This document shows, in pieces, positions 30,052 through 39,497 of a stretch of 64,000 nt of DNA. The stretch lies in the IMG/VR virus record IMGVR_UViG_3300022744_000020, positions 124,001-188,000 of that record. One strand, 5' to 3'. The notes under the pieces were generated by a model. It was not told the DNA's origin. It did no database searches and saw only the letters and a program-made list of their open reading frames with translations. Both the position numbers and the translations under genes were made by a program. Each line of letters starts with the position of its first letter. Within the stretch, counting starts at the first letter, position 1.

Positions 30052-31316
30052 AATCCCGATTCTCTAACATCGGTAAGGAAGAATTTACCGACAAAGCCGA
30101 ACCCATTCCTGACGATGGTCTGGGTTTGTCTCACCTCGAAGCGAAACTGGAATACGATCAGCTCAGCATGACCGTGATGTGCGTGCACGGGCTGAGTCAG
30201 GCCCAGGAGCAGCTTCGTCGGTCATCCCAGACGCAGATCCAACCCAGCATCCTCAATGGACTCAACAAGGCCGTCGAGGCCCTCCAATGGGGATTTGAGG
30301 ATTGCAAGTTCACACCACTCAAGTCAGACCTCGCTCTGGCAACCGAATCCATCGGGACGTTGATTGGAAAAGGGATTGATACCCTGATTCGAATCATCAA
30401 GAACATCTTGCGGATTGCATTCACTTTTTCTAAGCGCATTCTCTCCAAGCGTGAGTTGTTGGCTCAAAGAGCCACTGGGCTTAGAAAGAAACTGGAGGCA
30501 AAAATCTCCAGCGGTGAAACTACCCTCAGTGGAACTCCTCCGAACGTCGGTACTCTGCCTTTGTGGTTGATCGCCCTGAGTCGTGAAGACAAGACGATTG
30601 CCGGGAATGGATTGAGCAAAATCTACACCGACATTCTGGCGATCAACGATGAGATTCGCATGGGTCAGCTCAATGCTTTCTCGTACAAGACCGACAAGGC
30701 CATCATCGATCATTTCCAGGATGCTGTTAAGCAGGCAGAAGCACCGCTCAGCGACAAGGACCGCGAAGAGCTCAAGCGTTTCGAGGTTGTGACCATCCCC
30801 AACAAACTCGGGGTGGCGAGCGATACTGATTCAGCCGACGGCGTGAAAACCGTGGTGTCCAAAGAACTCAGTGGTGGGTTTTCAATCAAGGTCCAGAGCA
30901 AAGAGGTCAAAGATGTAGCTTCTCTGCCGCACGGTCTGTCACACTTCCAAGCACGACTGACCAAAGAAACCGAGCCGAAAATCACGACGGTAGACGACCT
31001 GGACATCGAGACGAAAGAAGCACTCCTGCTGATCATCTCTGTTGACCGCCGAATGACGGATCGCTCGGTGGTGACCTCCACCGAGCAGCTCGTTGACAAG
31101 GTGAAAAACCTCAACGAAAGAATCGATATCTGGGCGCGATACGCTAAGGCGGGCAGCGGCACAGATGACTCCAAGCTGAAGGAAGCGCAAAGCTTCATCT
31201 TTTCCTTGACCAAGGCGATGATGTCGAAATACGTCACCTTTGCGATGGATCTTCTGAAATACGAAGTTGATTTGGCTGTGGCCATCATCCAGTATCTGGA
31301 TCATCAACTCGCTTGA
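30048..31316 (+). CDS. Internal head/ejection protein paralog
   Basis: LATES site followed by a helix (IDTLIRIIKNIL) typical of the family. Confidence 0.6.
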   Translation: MKSRFSNIGKEEFTDKAEPIPDDGLGLSHLEAKLEYDQLSMTVMCVHGLSQAQEQLRRSSQTQIQPSILNGLNKAVEALQWGFEDCKFTPLKSDLALATESIGTLIGKGIDTLIRIIKNILRIAFTFSKRILSKRELLAQRATGLRKKLEAKISSGETTLSGTPPNVGTLPLWLIALSREDKTIAGNGLSKIYTDILAINDEIRMGQLNAFSYKTDKAIIDHFQDAVKQAEAPLSDKDREELKRFEVVTIPNKLGVASDTDSADGVKTVVSKELSGGFSIKVQSKEVKDVASLPHGLSHFQARLTKETEPKITTVDDLDIETKEALLLIISVDRRMTDRSVVTSTEQLVDKVKNLNERIDIWARYAKAGSGTDDSKLKEAQSFIFSLTKAMMSKYVTFAMDLLKYEVDLAVAIIQYLDHQLA

Positions 31317-31342
31317 AACCTCTTTCCCTGAATGGATTCGTA

Positions 31343-32704
31343 ATGAGAAATCTTCTCCAAAACCTGCTGAGCGACCCGGTGATCGTTCCAGGATCTCCAC
31401 AGCCGACCCCGGCAGCGCCCGTGACTGAAGTTCCGGCGATTCCTGAAAATACCGGGACGGAGGTTCTGACGGACCAAACGCTGGAAGTCATGGCCACGGC
31501 TCCGATCGAAGACCCTTCGGTCGAAGTGAATGATGAAGTGCTTCAACTCGAAGCGTACCTGACGGGTCTGGAAGATTACCAATCCCGCTGCATCGGAATT
31601 GCCGGTCATCTCGGTCAGGCCACGAAGGTCAGCAAGCAAGTGATGGCCGGGCTGGAATCGGCAACGGTGAGTCTGACAGAATACTACGGCTTGAAGAAGC
31701 CGAAGATTTCCAAGGAAGGCTTCATGGCCACGGCCAAGGAAGTCGGAGGCAAGATTCGCCAAGTCATTCTGGAGCTGATCAAGAAAATCCAGGAAGCCTT
31801 CAAGGCGTTCTTCAGTAAGGAGAATTTTCTTCTGAAGAAACTCGAAGATTTGATCTATCGTTGCCGTCAGAAGAACCAAGAAGCTGAGGAGACGGGTGAG
31901 ATTTATTATCCGTTTTTCCTGTCGGTGGATGGTTCCCCGCTTGAAGGAACTGAACTGACGGCAAAGACTATGGAGTTCTTGGAAAACTCTACCAAAATCC
32001 TTGAAGCGCTGCTCAAGGATTGCGAGGATGTGACTTCCGAGAAACTTTTCAAAGAAATCGACGCGCAACCAGATCGGGAATCTCTGATCCAACTGCTGAC
32101 GCGAGTGGCTGACATCTGCAAAGATCCTCTGCAGCGTCCGGAACTGGATTGGAAGACCGCAGGGTCTGGTGAGTCGTATCCAAACCAAACCTACGTCGAT
32201 TTGAAATTGGGCGGGATGCGCGCATACATTCCGAACTATCCGAGCGAAAGCTCCGAAGAAATCGCAGAAGCTCTGATTGCGAAGAAGGCTGAATCGACCC
32301 CGGGCGATTCTTCAAAGCCCGCAAAAAACAAGGTTGTGGATTTCCAGGGCACGTGCGTGTTTGCAGAGACGACTGGTGGGAAAACCCTTTCGGCCAATCG
32401 CGACAACTACAAACAACAAGACATTCTGGAGATGCTGGAAGCACTCAAAGAGTTTCTCACCAGCAGTCCGTACAAGACCATCGAGAAGTTAGCAGAAAAT
32501 GCTTTCCATCAGGCTTATACGAACTACCAGCATTTCGACCAACATCGCAAGGAAGACAACAATGGCGCGGCCATTGACAAGTGCTATTTGGTGGCCAGAT
32601 CGGTGATTCTTCAACCGTCGATCAAACTGTTGAACTGCATGGAGCAAATCGAAAACGCAATGCTCGCACTATCCACCAGCTTTTTGCTGTCCCCCAAGAA
32701 CTAA
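31343..32704 (+). CDS. Internal head/ejection protein paralog
   Basis: MRNLLQNLLSDP...; sites AGLES and ISKEGF followed by KIRQVILELIKKI. Confidence 0.65.
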   Translation: MRNLLQNLLSDPVIVPGSPQPTPAAPVTEVPAIPENTGTEVLTDQTLEVMATAPIEDPSVEVNDEVLQLEAYLTGLEDYQSRCIGIAGHLGQATKVSKQVMAGLESATVSLTEYYGLKKPKISKEGFMATAKEVGGKIRQVILELIKKIQEAFKAFFSKENFLLKKLEDLIYRCRQKNQEAEETGEIYYPFFLSVDGSPLEGTELTAKTMEFLENSTKILEALLKDCEDVTSEKLFKEIDAQPDRESLIQLLTRVADICKDPLQRPELDWKTAGSGESYPNQTYVDLKLGGMRAYIPNYPSESSEEIAEALIAKKAESTPGDSSKPAKNKVVDFQGTCVFAETTGGKTLSANRDNYKQQDILEMLEALKEFLTSSPYKTIEKLAENAFHQAYTNYQHFDQHRKEDNNGAAIDKCYLVARSVILQPSIKLLNCMEQIENAMLALSTSFLLSPKN

Positions 32705-32720
32705 ACGCGGAAAATAACCC

Positions 32721-34148
32721 ATGTATAACCTCAATCTCCTGAATCTCGCCGGCGTCACCGATCCTGAAACTCCTCCGGTCGCGCTTCCTCCGATGGAAGT
32801 GCAAGCCATCGAAGAACCGGACTACGGTCCCGTTGAACAAACCGTGACGGAAATGCACGCGGCTGGTCAGACCCTGGACAACAGCGAAGAAGCATCCGAC
32901 GTACTGCTGAGCGTGGCCTCCGCTTTGGAGCCGACCATTCAAGAAAGCCAGCCGGGCGTGACCGATGTGCACGCCATGGAGGCACTGATGTTGGCCGTTG
33001 CGCCTTTGAGGATCATGGCTGGCGCCAAGGCAAGATCCAGCCGGCTGGCGATTGAAAATTTCGGCGATCGCAGCCTGAGCTATCGCGAAACCAATCTGGC
33101 AATCGAAGATCTCAAGAGCGTGGCCATGGCCGCCAAAGACAAGATTGTCGAGGGCATTCAGTGGCTTATCGAGAAGTTCAAGGAATTCATCAAGTTCATC
33201 ACGGATGCAGATCATCGGCAGATGGAAAAGGCCAAGAAACTGTTGGAACAAGCCAAAACCCACGCTGAAATGAAGGGTGGTTTGGAGGTGAGTTTCTTCG
33301 ACGGCTTGAATTTCCTGCAGTTGGGGATGTCTCAAGAACCCTTGAAGCCGGGATCTGCAGGTAAGCTCATCTCGACGTGGGCAGCCAATTTCAGTCTGAT
33401 CGAGAATCTGGTCGATACGAAAGACATGATCGATCGAATGAAGAAGATCGAAAGTCTGAAGGGAGACGAAGTCCAAGACAGCGCATACGACCTGGTTCGG
33501 CAATGCGTCAGTTTCAACATTGAAGGACTCAAGCACATCGAACGCGCTCCGGGCGTGCCTGAAGGATACACCATGTTTGTGGCGCCCATGATCATGGGTA
33601 AGCGACTGGCTGCAGTGGTTCCCAGCAACGCCGAAGGCGAGGAGTTCTGGAATGGGATCTCGCATGCCGGGATCTATCCGGTGATCATGTCGGGCGATGC
33701 CGCCATCGTTCGAGATGCCATGAAGAACAGTGAGGGATTCTTGTCTCTGGACAATAGCGAGTGTGTCTCGCTTACCCAAGCGGCAATCATGCACATCACT
33801 GCACGCCTGAATACGCGAAAAGCGTATGACGAGCTGGTTCGCGGCGTCGAGGAAATGAAGAATCACATCCTGAGTCTGCAGAAAAAACCGACCACCGAAG
33901 AGGAGTCCAAAGACAACAACAAGGCAAAGAGCATTGTTGGGCGCGTCGGTAAGGCTTTGTCGAAAACCGCTCTGTCCGGAATGTCGACCATTCAGAGCCT
34001 GAGCGCAAAACAGTGCGCTGTGGTTCTCAAGGTTGTGGCGGCTTCATTGCACGCCAATGGGCAAAAAGATGATGGCGAGCGGCAGCAGAATTCTAAGAAT
34101 GTGACGCCTCCGCCGGCGGGTGGTCAGAGCGTTCCGCTGCTGAACTAA
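32721..34148 (+). CDS. Internal head/ejection protein paralog (gp93/95/97-like)
   Basis: MYNLNLLNLAG...; LAIEN and LAIED sites followed by KIVEGIQWLIEKFKEF. Confidence 0.65.
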   Translation: MYNLNLLNLAGVTDPETPPVALPPMEVQAIEEPDYGPVEQTVTEMHAAGQTLDNSEEASDVLLSVASALEPTIQESQPGVTDVHAMEALMLAVAPLRIMAGAKARSSRLAIENFGDRSLSYRETNLAIEDLKSVAMAAKDKIVEGIQWLIEKFKEFIKFITDADHRQMEKAKKLLEQAKTHAEMKGGLEVSFFDGLNFLQLGMSQEPLKPGSAGKLISTWAANFSLIENLVDTKDMIDRMKKIESLKGDEVQDSAYDLVRQCVSFNIEGLKHIERAPGVPEGYTMFVAPMIMGKRLAAVVPSNAEGEEFWNGISHAGIYPVIMSGDAAIVRDAMKNSEGFLSLDNSECVSLTQAAIMHITARLNTRKAYDELVRGVEEMKNHILSLQKKPTTEEESKDNNKAKSIVGRVGKALSKTALSGMSTIQSLSAKQCAVVLKVVAASLHANGQKDDGERQQNSKNVTPPPAGGQSVPLLN

Positions 34149-34226
34149 GCACATTCTTTGGTGACGCCCTGAACGTACGATAGACGGGCGTCATTTTCTT
34201 TGTTTTGTTTTCTCCGGAGAATTTTC

Positions 34227-35738
34227 ATGTACCGTGGACTCACCCTGAACCTGCTGGCCAACGAACCCGAAATCGACCCGGTCGATCCGGCCCCGTCGGA
34301 AGAAGTCGTCGAAACGATGGCCGAAGAACCGGATCTGGCGCCGGTCGAAACCGTCGAAGCCCAAACCGACGCCGTCGAAGGCGTGCTGGATGATGGCCTG
34401 GCTGCCGCCGACAATCTCGACGATGTGGCCGAAAACCTGGAAGAAGCTTCGCAGGAAGAAAATCCTCAGATCAGCCCGGCCGCCATGGAAGCGCTGTTGG
34501 TCGCCCTGGAGCCGACGCGCCGTCGTGCCGGTGCCCCGGCACGCGCACTGAAGCTGGGCAAGGAAAGCTTCTCGGGCAAGAAGACCGCAGCCGAGCACAA
34601 GATCGCGCTGCATCTGGCTGCTGAAAACCTGAAGGACGTGGCCAGCAAGGGTCGTGATCTGGTGGTCGCTGGCATTCGTGCCATCATCGAGAAGTTCAAG
34701 GAACTCTGGAAGTACCTGACCGACCAAGATGAGCGTCTGCTGGTCAAGGCCAAGAAGCTGCTCGAATCCGCCAAGGCCGGTGGCACGGCTCCGGGTGGCA
34801 AGGATGTCGACTATGGCGACAAGGGCGAGCTGATGAAGGCGACGGCCGGTGTCGGCGCTGTGGCCAAGGCTGCTGAAATCATCAAGGCTTGGGAAGACCA
34901 AGCCAAGATGGCCGGTTCGCTGTGTTCGCACAACAGCGTGACCGCCGCACTGGCGAAATTCCTCCAGGAAATGAACGCCAACAAGAACGTGCTGGCCAAG
35001 CCGGGCGAGTTCGTCGAGGAAGACGCCAAGAAGATCTACGAGGCTCTGGCTGAAGTCAAGACCTTCGACGTGTCGAGTCTGACCAAGGCAGGCGATGCAC
35101 AACTGGCTGGTCGCAAACTGGGCAAGTTCTGTGAAGGCTTCGTCTCCGCACCGTTCCTGGGTCAACAGCTCCTGGTCATCACCATGAATGGCGAATCCGC
35201 CACCCCGGAAACCCAGGGTGAGTTCGATTCCTGCCTGAGCATGTGTGGCATCTTCCGTGTCGACGTGAAGAAGGAAAAGGCCGATGGCAAGGGCAAATCG
35301 CTGTCGAACCAAGACACCGCCGCTCTGGCTCAGGCTGCCGTCAAGCACACCGAAGAGCGTATCAAGTCGCGCGAACTGGTGAATGCCGTGGACAAGAGCC
35401 TGGAATCCATCGTGACGCTGATGGAGTCCATCATCAAGGAAGCCATGGCTGCCGACATCAACGAAGCTGGCAAGAACGCCACTACGGCGATGGATGCGAT
35501 CAAGGGCGGTGCCGCGGCCAGTCAGAAGGCTTCGAAACTGCTTTCGACCGTCAAGTCGAACGCCAAGTCGATCGCCTCCTCGGCCACGCGCGCTCTGGGC
35601 GCTGTTCGCTCGCTGGATGCCAAGATGACCTCGGCCGTGCTGGACATCTGCGCCACCAGCCTGAACGCCAACAAGGGTGAAGGTGGTGCTGCCGCCCTGC
35701 CGGCTCCTGGAGCCGCTCCGGCTGCCGCTGCCGCGTAA
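34227..35738 (+). CDS. High-copy inner-body head protein paralog
   Basis: MYRGLTLNLLANEP...; LGKES and LAAEN sites; very strong GC3 codon bias, suggesting high expression. Confidence 0.7.
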   Translation: MYRGLTLNLLANEPEIDPVDPAPSEEVVETMAEEPDLAPVETVEAQTDAVEGVLDDGLAAADNLDDVAENLEEASQEENPQISPAAMEALLVALEPTRRRAGAPARALKLGKESFSGKKTAAEHKIALHLAAENLKDVASKGRDLVVAGIRAIIEKFKELWKYLTDQDERLLVKAKKLLESAKAGGTAPGGKDVDYGDKGELMKATAGVGAVAKAAEIIKAWEDQAKMAGSLCSHNSVTAALAKFLQEMNANKNVLAKPGEFVEEDAKKIYEALAEVKTFDVSSLTKAGDAQLAGRKLGKFCEGFVSAPFLGQQLLVITMNGESATPETQGEFDSCLSMCGIFRVDVKKEKADGKGKSLSNQDTAALAQAAVKHTEERIKSRELVNAVDKSLESIVTLMESIIKEAMAADINEAGKNATTAMDAIKGGAAASQKASKLLSTVKSNAKSIASSATRALGAVRSLDAKMTSAVLDICATSLNANKGEGGAAALPAPGAAPAAAAA

Positions 35739-35759
35739 TCGCTGAATAAGCGATCCATG

Positions 35760-35795
35760 TAGGACACCCGGAGGGCAACCTCCGGGTGTCCTATG
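35760..35795 (+). terminator. Long-stem hairpin (stem + TATG class) ending the head operon
   Basis: TAGGACACCCGGAGG-GCAA-CCTCCGGGTGTCCTA then TG; 15 bp, GNRA loop. Confidence 0.8.
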
Positions 35796-35845
35796 TATGC
35801 CGCATATGCCCGGCATTTTGTGTAATGAAAGTTCAGGAGAAACAA

Positions 35846-37369
35846 ATGCCGAGAATCTACAAACCCACCCCTTCGATAAATCAAACGGTTGATCGTCCTA
35901 TTATTCTTCAGGTCGTGAAGAACCTGATGAAAGACATCGGAATTTCGGATCAGACCAAAATCAACTTCTTTGGCACTCAAGGACAAGCTGCTCTTGAAGG
36001 TGCAATCTCTACAAATGGAGAACACAATCGCTGGCCATATGACGAACGAATCACAATAGAGTCCACGGTTCAGGTCGATGAGACGGCTCCGTTCGACGTG
36101 ATCCGTGATCCTTTAGAGGGAACGAATTACTTTGATGATCAGTCCGTCGGCATCCACATTTACCCCGTGGTGCGTTTGCATAAATGCACACTGAGTTTCA
36201 AGTACCGGGCACTCGACCAACATCAAGCCAAGGCTTGGAGAAACGAAATGTCCACGAGAGTTACCCAACTCCGGGATTTGTTTTTGCACGAATCAGATTT
36301 CCAGGTCAAGATACCCGATACCTTTTTGGGCGTGCTTATTCATTTGCACGATTTGATTGAGGCGACGGCTGGATATGGCTACAGTTTCAATGATTACTTT
36401 ACTCGGCACTTAAGAGAGTGCGTGAGTTTACAAACCGACGAAGCCGGGGAAAATGGGGCGTGGATTGCCACTGAGCGCCTGATTCGAATCCAAGGGTATT
36501 TTGAATTCGCCCCAGAGCCCGACGTGGAAACACGAGAAAGCGATCACGATAATCATTCGGTTACCTTGAATTATCATTTCTACTACGATCGGGTTATCGA
36601 GGTGGGAATGCAGTATCCGATCATGGTCCATAATCAGTTCATCGATGAGCGTCTGATTCCGAAGCCTCAGGATATCTACCGACTCGAAAACCAACCAAGA
36701 CAGTATCGTCGAACAGGGTTTGCTTATGCGAACCTGGAGTCCGATCAAAGACTGCTAAAGGTCCTTCCGAACGAGGCTGTTGTTATTCCAGACTTTGATG
36801 ATTGGAGACCACCGATCAAGGTTCCCAACTACATCAAGATTGCGCAGCTCCTCCTATGCATTACTCCAACTGATCGTCGCAGTCTTCTGGATCTCAAAGA
36901 CCTCGGGGATGTTCGATTAGACGAAAATCTGATGAGTTATTTGAGGTTGGTGGGAGATCAATGTGTCACAAACGAGGCGTGTCTCTATGAGTTCGTTCTT
37001 TATGAGAACGGAACCGGAGTGCCTCAGGGTGTTTTGAAGATCGATCCAGATCTGAATCTCTACGCTTCGGAAGATTTGGATTTGAGAAAGACCTACCGGA
37101 TCGCGCTTTACGTTTGCGTGAACCCCTCGACGCTGAGGCCGGCTATTTTTGATCAAATCAAAAACCATCCCAAAATGCGGGATTTCTATGTTCGTGTGGC
37201 GAACTCGGCGCTGCGTGGAATGACCCGTGGGGATCTTCCCAATACTCGGTTGAGTGCGGTAGATTTGGGTAAGCTCTATGGGTCGGTGGATCCAAGAGCA
37301 GTGAAAGCCAACGATCCTTTTTATCTGCGTGACGTGGTCACCAATTTCAACCATCTTGGGAAAATCTAA
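35846..37369 (+). CDS. Virion structural protein (phiKZ gp98/99-like block)
   Basis: Start MPRIYKP with SD AGGAG; synteny. Confidence 0.55.
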   Translation: MPRIYKPTPSINQTVDRPIILQVVKNLMKDIGISDQTKINFFGTQGQAALEGAISTNGEHNRWPYDERITIESTVQVDETAPFDVIRDPLEGTNYFDDQSVGIHIYPVVRLHKCTLSFKYRALDQHQAKAWRNEMSTRVTQLRDLFLHESDFQVKIPDTFLGVLIHLHDLIEATAGYGYSFNDYFTRHLRECVSLQTDEAGENGAWIATERLIRIQGYFEFAPEPDVETRESDHDNHSVTLNYHFYYDRVIEVGMQYPIMVHNQFIDERLIPKPQDIYRLENQPRQYRRTGFAYANLESDQRLLKVLPNEAVVIPDFDDWRPPIKVPNYIKIAQLLLCITPTDRRSLLDLKDLGDVRLDENLMSYLRLVGDQCVTNEACLYEFVLYENGTGVPQGVLKIDPDLNLYASEDLDLRKTYRIALYVCVNPSTLRPAIFDQIKNHPKMRDFYVRVANSALRGMTRGDLPNTRLSAVDLGKLYGSVDPRAVKANDPFYLRDVVTNFNHLGKI

Positions 37370-37371
37370 TC

Positions 37372-38868
37372 ATGCCTTTAGCAAAAATCAATCGGACGGG
37401 TTCTGGAATCATTAAAGCGGATCCGTTGGTGGTCACCGATGCCAATGAACATAAAACTACCAAGATCAGCCACCCTCACGAGGTAAGTCTGGTAGATCAA
37501 ACGTGGACTTCGCTGCTGAACATCATCAAGCATCGGGCCGGGGCTTCTTGGCAACCTCTAGGTTACTACAACCAAAGGTTGACTCGGGACTCCGAAGTAC
37601 AGGGTGTGGCTGCTAGTCTGGATCCGACTTTCCAGTCCTACATCAAAATCGTCAATCCGGAGCTGAAGGTTTCGAGCCCACTGTCCGCGAATTTTGATAA
37701 CGAGACAAAAACTACCACATATTCCGGAACGGCTACCCTCATGGGTTTTGTTCCGAATATCGGGGATTTCTTCAGTGCGGATACTGGGGAATCAGTCATC
37801 TCTTTGTTCCGAGTGACTGAGGTTTCTCAACCATCGATTCTGAGGGAAACCGTCTACGAAATCAACTACAGTCTGGACACTCAGGATCGTCAAAAATTCG
37901 ACGATCTGGAAAAGAAGACGGTTCGGGTTTATCACTACGTTGAAGATTTTCTCAATTACGGAACTTCTCCGCTTGTTCTGCCGCAGGATTATCAGAACCT
38001 GGTGAGTCTGCACGCTGCGCTACCTAAGTGGATTGCCCGATATCTCAAGTGGTTTTTCAGTCAAGAGTACACCACGCTTTTGGTTCCCGATCAACCGCTT
38101 GAGACCTACGATCCATTCATAGTCCAGTTCTTCAGATTCATCACCTCGAGTAGTCGTGCTCCTGAACTTCAGAGACTGAGGGCCCTCAACGTCGATGAAG
38201 ATACGAATGCAACTTCTGACTCTATCTGGACCGCACTGATAAACCGAGACGAAGAACATCTGAAGTATGCCTTTACTCAGTATTGCTTGATTTCGGCTGC
38301 GTCCTTTGCTGACCAAGCTGAGTACAACTCTATTCGCTACAGCGGCTTGAGTTGGGTGGTGTACCCGGTGGATAACGTCAAGAACGTCGATAAGAATAAT
38401 TCGGCTAAGTACGTGGTCAAAATAAACTCGGGCATTCTGAGCCCGAGCAAAAAAGAAATGGTTTCGACCCCATACACCCCTCAGGTGACTTGGGATCCGG
38501 GAGTAGAAGAAGAATCTGATCCGGAAGTGAATGCGGTGGATCCTTACTCGGGCAGTCCTGTGTCGGCGAAGAAAAGATTTGACGACACAGTGGACATCAA
38601 CCTGAAAGCGATATCAACCAACATCACGGACGTGGTCACGCCAATCGGTAAGAGCGCCAGTTATGTCTTCAGTGAGGCTTTCTATCAAAACACGATTGGA
38701 CAGTCTGTTATTGAGCGACTGGTAAGGCAGTACCTGCGTGGGCAGAAAGTCGATCACAAGACCATTACGGCGGTTCTAGGTACCGTTGACCAGTGGGGGA
38801 TGGCTGAGCGTTTCTACTATCTTCCGATTTTGTTTCTGATGATTCAAAACGCACTGAAAGGCGCATGA
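37372..38868 (+). CDS. Virion structural protein
   Basis: 498 aa, in an operon; FVPNIGDFF motif reminiscent of head-tail connector-like proteins (tentative). Confidence 0.55.
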   Translation: MPLAKINRTGSGIIKADPLVVTDANEHKTTKISHPHEVSLVDQTWTSLLNIIKHRAGASWQPLGYYNQRLTRDSEVQGVAASLDPTFQSYIKIVNPELKVSSPLSANFDNETKTTTYSGTATLMGFVPNIGDFFSADTGESVISLFRVTEVSQPSILRETVYEINYSLDTQDRQKFDDLEKKTVRVYHYVEDFLNYGTSPLVLPQDYQNLVSLHAALPKWIARYLKWFFSQEYTTLLVPDQPLETYDPFIVQFFRFITSSSRAPELQRLRALNVDEDTNATSDSIWTALINRDEEHLKYAFTQYCLISAASFADQAEYNSIRYSGLSWVVYPVDNVKNVDKNNSAKYVVKINSGILSPSKKEMVSTPYTPQVTWDPGVEEESDPEVNAVDPYSGSPVSAKKRFDDTVDINLKAISTNITDVVTPIGKSASYVFSEAFYQNTIGQSVIERLVRQYLRGQKVDHKTITAVLGTVDQWGMAERFYYLPILFLMIQNALKGA

Positions 38869-39497
38869 TGTTTCACACCAAACCGATCTCCCCGACGCAG
38901 AAAAAGATTCAAGATCTTGAGCACGTCCTGAAGAATCGACTCTACCTGGTCAATGTCAACGAGATCAGCGACATGTCGATGTATCAAATTCGAACGTTTG
39001 GGGTGAGAGTCAACCAACTCAACTCCAGAGACAAGTCGCACAAAACTCGGATCAAGACCCGTTATGCCACCATCGTGCAAATGGTGGATTACTTCACGCG
39101 AGGCGTAGATTTCAGTCTGGACAATCCCTCGAACAGCAAGGAGATCTACGACTTGCTGGTTCAAATGCTTCAAGCTTGGCGAGATCACATGGGCTCAAGC
39201 GTCAATCAGGGATCGTTTCCTGTGGATCTTTTGGTTTCGATGGATGCCATGGCGTCCAAAGTGTTTGGGTATGCCTGTGCGTTTACTCCCCAGGAACGCG
39301 AGGAGAGTTCTTTGGCACAGAAGATCCTGGGCGGATCTTTCAATTCCCAGACTTTCCAGAAGGTAAAACCAGAGATCACCAAAGAAGAAACGGCGAAGAG
39401 AGCACACCGCTCAATGGCGGAAACCTTTACCAAAAACCGAAGGTTCTTCAGCATGAGTACGTTGACCAGCTCTACCTTGCCGAAAGTAGGTGAGTGA
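38865..39497 (+). CDS. Conserved hypothetical protein (gp100-like position)
   Basis: 210 aa, overlapping both neighbours. Confidence 0.55.
   Translation: MMFHTKPISPTQKKIQDLEHVLKNRLYLVNVNEISDMSMYQIRTFGVRVNQLNSRDKSHKTRIKTRYATIVQMVDYFTRGVDFSLDNPSNSKEIYDLLVQMLQAWRDHMGSSVNQGSFPVDLLVSMDAMASKVFGYACAFTPQEREESSLAQKILGGSFNSQTFQKVKPEITKEETAKRAHRSMAETFTKNRRFFSMSTLTSSTLPKVGE

Noticed and set aside
34191-35816. 541-aa minus-strand ORF, and similar long antisense ORFs at 4823-5971, 28754-29842, 32622-33866, 39764-40777, 47496-48959 and 62944-63783
   Set aside because: All are shadows of codon-biased genes on the opposite strand.
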